A stretch of 64,000 nucleotides of DNA, taken from NCBI GenBank assembly GCA_963664225.1, contig OY760937.1, positions 224,001 to 288,000 of the forward strand. Reading direction: 5' to 3'. Source of the stretch: Verrucomicrobiia bacterium (lineage in GTDB: Bacteria; Verrucomicrobiota; Verrucomicrobiia; Limisphaerales; UBA1319). Shown here in pieces: positions 60,467 to 64,000 of this stretch (positions within the stretch are counted from its first letter, which is position 1; every line of letters starts with the position of its first letter). Position numbers and translations under genes: made by a program. The notes under the pieces were generated by a model that worked only from the letters and a program-made list of their open reading frames with translations, ran no database searches and was not told where the DNA came from.

Positions 60467-61966
60467 ATGCCCATGAGAAAACTCATCCATCGTATCGGCG
60501 CGTTTGCAGTCCTGGCGGCTGGAACCGTTTTTCTGGCACCGGCTGTTAGCGCGCAAACCAAATATGAACCGACCTGGGAATCGCTCGACAAGCGGCCCAC
60601 GCCCGAATGGTATCTGGATGCCAAGTTCGGCATCTTTATTCATTGGGGCGTTTATTCCGTGCCGGCTTACGGAGAATCCAAGGAGTATTCCGAGTGGTAT
60701 TGGAACCGCATGGCGGACAAAAAGGCGGGCAACCCGTGGTGGGAGTTTCATAAACGGGTTTACGGAGAGAACTTCGAATACAAGGATTTCGCTCCGATGT
60801 TCAAGGCGGAGTTGTATAACCCGCGTCAATGGGCCGATCTGTTCGAGCGTTCCGGCGCTAAATACATTGTGCCCACCTCGAAGCACCATGATGGATTTTG
60901 CATGTGGCCCAGCACCAACGCGAATCTGGCGTGGGATCGCAAGTGGAACAGCGTCGATGCCGGACCCAAGCGGGATCTGCTGGGGGAATTGACCGCTGAA
61001 GTGCGCAAGAAACCGGGCATGCACATGGGCTTCTATTACTCGCTTTATGAGTGGTTCAATCCGATGTGGCTGACGAACAAGGCGGCTTATGTGACCCAGC
61101 ACATGCATCCGCAGTTCAAGGACGTGGTGACGCGCTATTCGCCGGACATCATTTTCAGCGACGGCGAATGGGACATTACCTCGGCGGAGTGGAAAAGCCC
61201 GGAATTGCTGGCCTGGCTTTTCAACGAGTCGCCCTGCAAGGACAAGGTGGTGATCGATGATCGCTGGGGCAAGGAAACCCGTCACCATCACGGCACCTAC
61301 TACACCACGGAATATGGCGCGGGCATGAAAGACGCCTCGCATCCGTGGGAGGAAAGCCGCGGCATGGCCTATTCCTATGGCTACAATCGCGCTGAACGCA
61401 TCGATGAATACAAATCCCCCCGCGAGTTTGTTTTGACACTGGTGGACCTGGTCAGCCGCGGTGGAAACTTGCTGCTCGATATCGGGCCGTGCGCGGATGG
61501 CACGATTCCGCCGGTCATGGAGGAACGGCTGCTGCAGATCGGGGACTGGCTCAAGGTGAATGGCGAGGCCATCTACGGCACGCGCCATGCCGGCAGGGAT
61601 TGCCAATGGTCGGAAGGCAAGCGTCCGGGTCAGGAATTCGGCGAATACCGCGTGGAATACAATTTGATGAAACAGATCGGTCCGAAGGCCAAGGATGGTC
61701 AGGCGGTCAAACAGATGTTTTTCACGCGCAAGGGTAAGACCCTCTACGCCACCGTGCCTTACTGGCCTGAAGGCAAACTGGTGATCCGCAACATCAAGAC
61801 ATCGGATCAGACCGAGGTGTCCATGCTCGGTGTTCCGGGGAAACTGGAGGTCGCCGCCAACGACAAAAGCATCACGATCACGGTACCGGAGCTGACGGTG
61901 GACACCGTGCCGTGCCAGCATGCGTGGTCGTTCAAGATCACGGATGCGGAGTTACTGCCTGAATAA
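60467..61966 (+). CDS. Alpha-L-fucosidase (GH29)
   Basis: PTWESL..RP.PEWY.DAKFGIFIHWG.YSVP, GAKY.V.TSKHHDGF, YYS..EW, VSRGGNLLL.IGP, WL.VNGEAIYGT. Confidence 0.95.
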   Translation: MPMRKLIHRIGAFAVLAAGTVFLAPAVSAQTKYEPTWESLDKRPTPEWYLDAKFGIFIHWGVYSVPAYGESKEYSEWYWNRMADKKAGNPWWEFHKRVYGENFEYKDFAPMFKAELYNPRQWADLFERSGAKYIVPTSKHHDGFCMWPSTNANLAWDRKWNSVDAGPKRDLLGELTAEVRKKPGMHMGFYYSLYEWFNPMWLTNKAAYVTQHMHPQFKDVVTRYSPDIIFSDGEWDITSAEWKSPELLAWLFNESPCKDKVVIDDRWGKETRHHHGTYYTTEYGAGMKDASHPWEESRGMAYSYGYNRAERIDEYKSPREFVLTLVDLVSRGGNLLLDIGPCADGTIPPVMEERLLQIGDWLKVNGEAIYGTRHAGRDCQWSEGKRPGQEFGEYRVEYNLMKQIGPKAKDGQAVKQMFFTRKGKTLYATVPYWPEGKLVIRNIKTSDQTEVSMLGVPGKLEVAANDKSITITVPELTVDTVPCQHAWSFKITDAELLPE

Positions 61967-61982
61967 GATAGGTTATGTGGAG

Positions 61983-62013
61983 GCCTGTTGAGACGGAAGA
62001 TGTCTCAACAGGC
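61983..62013. other. Perfect 12-bp hairpin downstream of the fucosidase (no U-tract)
   Basis: GCCTGTTGAGAC-ggaagat-GTCTCAACAGGC, followed by a GGGGTTGGGAA x2 repeat. Confidence 0.6.
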
Positions 62014-62110
62014 TCCTGGATGGGGTTGGGAAGGGGTTGGGAAGGAGAATGGTTGAATCCGCAGATGGGGCAGATAAACGCAGAATAAATCAAAACACTC
62101 AATTAGACAT

Positions 62111-64000
62111 ATGAGACGGCGCATTTTTTGTGGATTGGGAGTTTTCATGTTTCTGGGTTGTCTGGCTGGGATTGCGGTGGAAGATATTCAATTGGGCGGC
62201 AGGCTGTCGCAAGGGGGGGGCAATGTGGTGCTTTGGTGGACCCTTTCCAGTGCTGCGAAGGTGCGACCGGACACCAAACCGGCGGAGCAAGAGACTGCAG
62301 CTGTGCAGATGCGTTGCGCACGCAATGAATACGAATCGGTGCAGGTGGTGGTTCGGCCGGAGCAGGCGCTGCATCATCTGACCATTCAGGCTGGGTCTTT
62401 TGCGGGACCAGGTCAGCAGATGATTTCCTCCAATGAAGTGGAGGTTCTCCAGGCGACTTATCTCAACGTTACAACTCCCACAGATGGCAGCACCAAGACT
62501 GGATTGTGGCCGGACCCGCTGGTTGCCATGCGCGATGCCGTTGATTTGCCGGCGGGGACCAATCAGGCCTTTTGGGTGCGCGTGCATGTCGTGGTGGGAA
62601 TTGCGCCGGGAATTCACAAAGGCACATTGCGGATGCGGGCGGACGGTTGGGAGGCGGACGTGCCACTGGAACTGACCGTTTATAAATTCGCGCTGCCGGA
62701 TCAGATGATCTGCCAGACCGCATTCGGTTTTTCGCCCGGTGAAGTCTTTCGTTATCAGCATCTGGAGACCGAAGAAGCCAAACGCCAGGTGTTGGAGAAG
62801 TATTGGGCCAACCTGTCCGCGCACCACATTTCGCCCTACGATCCCGCGCCTCTGGATGCCTTTTCCGTGACCTGGCCCAAGGTTCAACCGCCCAAGAGCC
62901 AATGGGATCAGTGGAGCAATTTGCGGCTGGTCCCAAACGAATACCATTCCGGCAAGAGTGCCTTGCTGGTTTACGACGATAAGGCTGACAAAGTCGTGGA
63001 GGTGAGCTATTTCCCCTTGATTCCCATTCCGGCGAAGGGATTGCACCTGAGGGGATGGTATCGCACGGCGATTCCCGGACACCGGTTCACGGTTTCCCTG
63101 AACCATTACGATGTCGATCGAAAGTGGATATCCGGACACAACAGAGACCTTGTGATGGCGGGCAACGGGCAATGGCAAAGCGCGGACTTCAAGCTGACCG
63201 AGTTTCCCGAAGGGGCCAAATACGTGGGCTTGCATCTGATGGGCACGGTTTGGACGGAGGAGGGGGAGAACCTGGGGTTGGTGTGGTTTGACAATATTTC
63301 CATTCAGAATCTGGAAACCGGAGAGGAACTGATTCAGGGCGGAGATTTTGAGCCAACGCAGAGAACGGAATTGGTCGCGGCGGCGGAACAGTTGCATCCG
63401 ACCCTTGATTTTGGGGCCTGGGACAAGGCGATGACACGGGCCTTTGACCAATACCACTTCAACTCGTTTTCCGTGCCGATGGTCGGAATGGGCGGGGGGA
63501 CGTTTCACGAATTGTTGCAACCAAGCCTGTTGGGATTTGGTGAGGACGCGCCCGAATATCCCTTACTGCTGGGTTCCTACTGCCGCCAGGTGCAGGACCA
63601 TCTGCGCGCCAAGGGATGGCTGGATAAGGCGTTTATTTACTGGTTCGATGAACCGAGCGAGGATCAATATCCCTACCTGCAAAACGGATTCAACAAGCTC
63701 AAACAATATTGCCCGGACATCACGCGGATGATCACCAAACTGGTGGAGCCGGGATTGATCGGCGGCCCGAATCTCTGGTGTCCGATCTCAGACCAATATA
63801 ACCACAAGAGCGCAGAGGAGCGTCGCAAGCTCGGGGAGCGGTTTTGGTGGTATGTGTGCACGGGACCGAAGGCGCCGTATGCCGGGCTCTTCCTGGATCA
63901 TCCCGCGCCTGAAATGCGCATCTGGCTCTGGCAGACCTTTCAGCGCAATATCAATGGAATTCTGGTCTGGCAATGCAATTATTGGAGTAGCGATACGGCC
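62111..64000 (+). CDS. GH123/DUF4091-like secreted glycoside hydrolase with a CBM-like insert (3' end beyond the window; absent from the ORF track)
   Basis: Hand translation of its start and end: MRRRIFCGLGVFMFLGC signal, ARNEYESVQVVVRP, WPDPL, Y.FDEP, WWYVC..P, R.W.W......GILVW..NYW. Confidence 0.85.
   Translation, partial: MRRRIFCGLGVFMFLGCLAGIAVEDIQLGGRLSQGGGNVVLWWTLSSAAKVRPDTKPAEQETAAVQMRCARNEYESVQVVVRPEQALHHLTIQAGSFAGPGQQMISSNEVEVLQATYLNVTTPTDGSTKTGLWPDPLVAMRDAVDLPAGTNQAFWVRVHVVVGIAPGIHKGTLRMRADGWEADVPLELTVYKFALPDQMICQTAFGFSPGEVFRYQHLETEEAKRQVLEKYWANLSAHHISPYDPAPLDAFSVTWPKVQPPKSQWDQWSNLRLVPNEYHSGKSALLVYDDKADKVVEVSYFPLIPIPAKGLHLRGWYRTAIPGHRFTVSLNHYDVDRKWISGHNRDLVMAGNGQWQSADFKLTEFPEGAKYVGLHLMGTVWTEEGENLGLVWFDNISIQNLETGEELIQGGDFEPTQRTELVAAAEQLHPTLDFGAWDKAMTRAFDQYHFNSFSVPMVGMGGGTFHELLQPSLLGFGEDAPEYPLLLGSYCRQVQDHLRAKGWLDKAFIYWFDEPSEDQYPYLQNGFNKLKQYCPDITRMITKLVEPGLIGGPNLWCPISDQYNHKSAEERRKLGERFWWYVCTGPKAPYAGLFLDHPAPEMRIWLWQTFQRNINGILVWQCNYWSSDTA

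Noticed and set aside
60401..63520. Long minus-strand ORFs (506 aa and 473 aa)
   Set aside because: Antisense shadows of the GH29 and GH123-like genes, with no recognisable domains.

Overview
A gene-dense, GC-rich bacterial chromosome segment, probably from Verrucomicrobia (inferred from a VPDSG-CTERM-type sorting-signal gene). Most of it is housekeeping and envelope genes: hisD/hisC, a second hisC, argA, a pta-like gene, glgP, rlmN, psd/pssA, nusB, ftsY, ribD, msrB, a Yip1-MacAB-type exporter, an SPFH pair, a DUF2339/DUF3999 pair and a fucosidase/GH cluster at the right end. Features the ORF track does not explain: (1) a ~175-nt intergenic RNA that folds as a rod with a central bubble and has its own terminator (6S-RNA-like, ~13100-13273); (2) a complete IS1634-family element with TIRs and a 6-bp target duplication, nested inside a 164-bp inverted-repeat MITE-like element; (3) a sigma-54 promoter with two TGT-N11-ACA enhancer palindromes in an AT-rich spacer upstream of the VPDSG-CTERM gene; (4) a stand-alone Hanks kinase with VAIK K->R and DFG->DFD changes; (5) several fusion enzymes (RluA+RlmI/K, GH-A+GT2, GH29-like+GH151-like); (6) a frameshifted secreted protein; and (7) dispersed purine-skewed 8-10-mer repeats. 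I saw no CRISPR array, tRNA or rRNA. All family calls come from recognising motifs by eye; no database searches were run.
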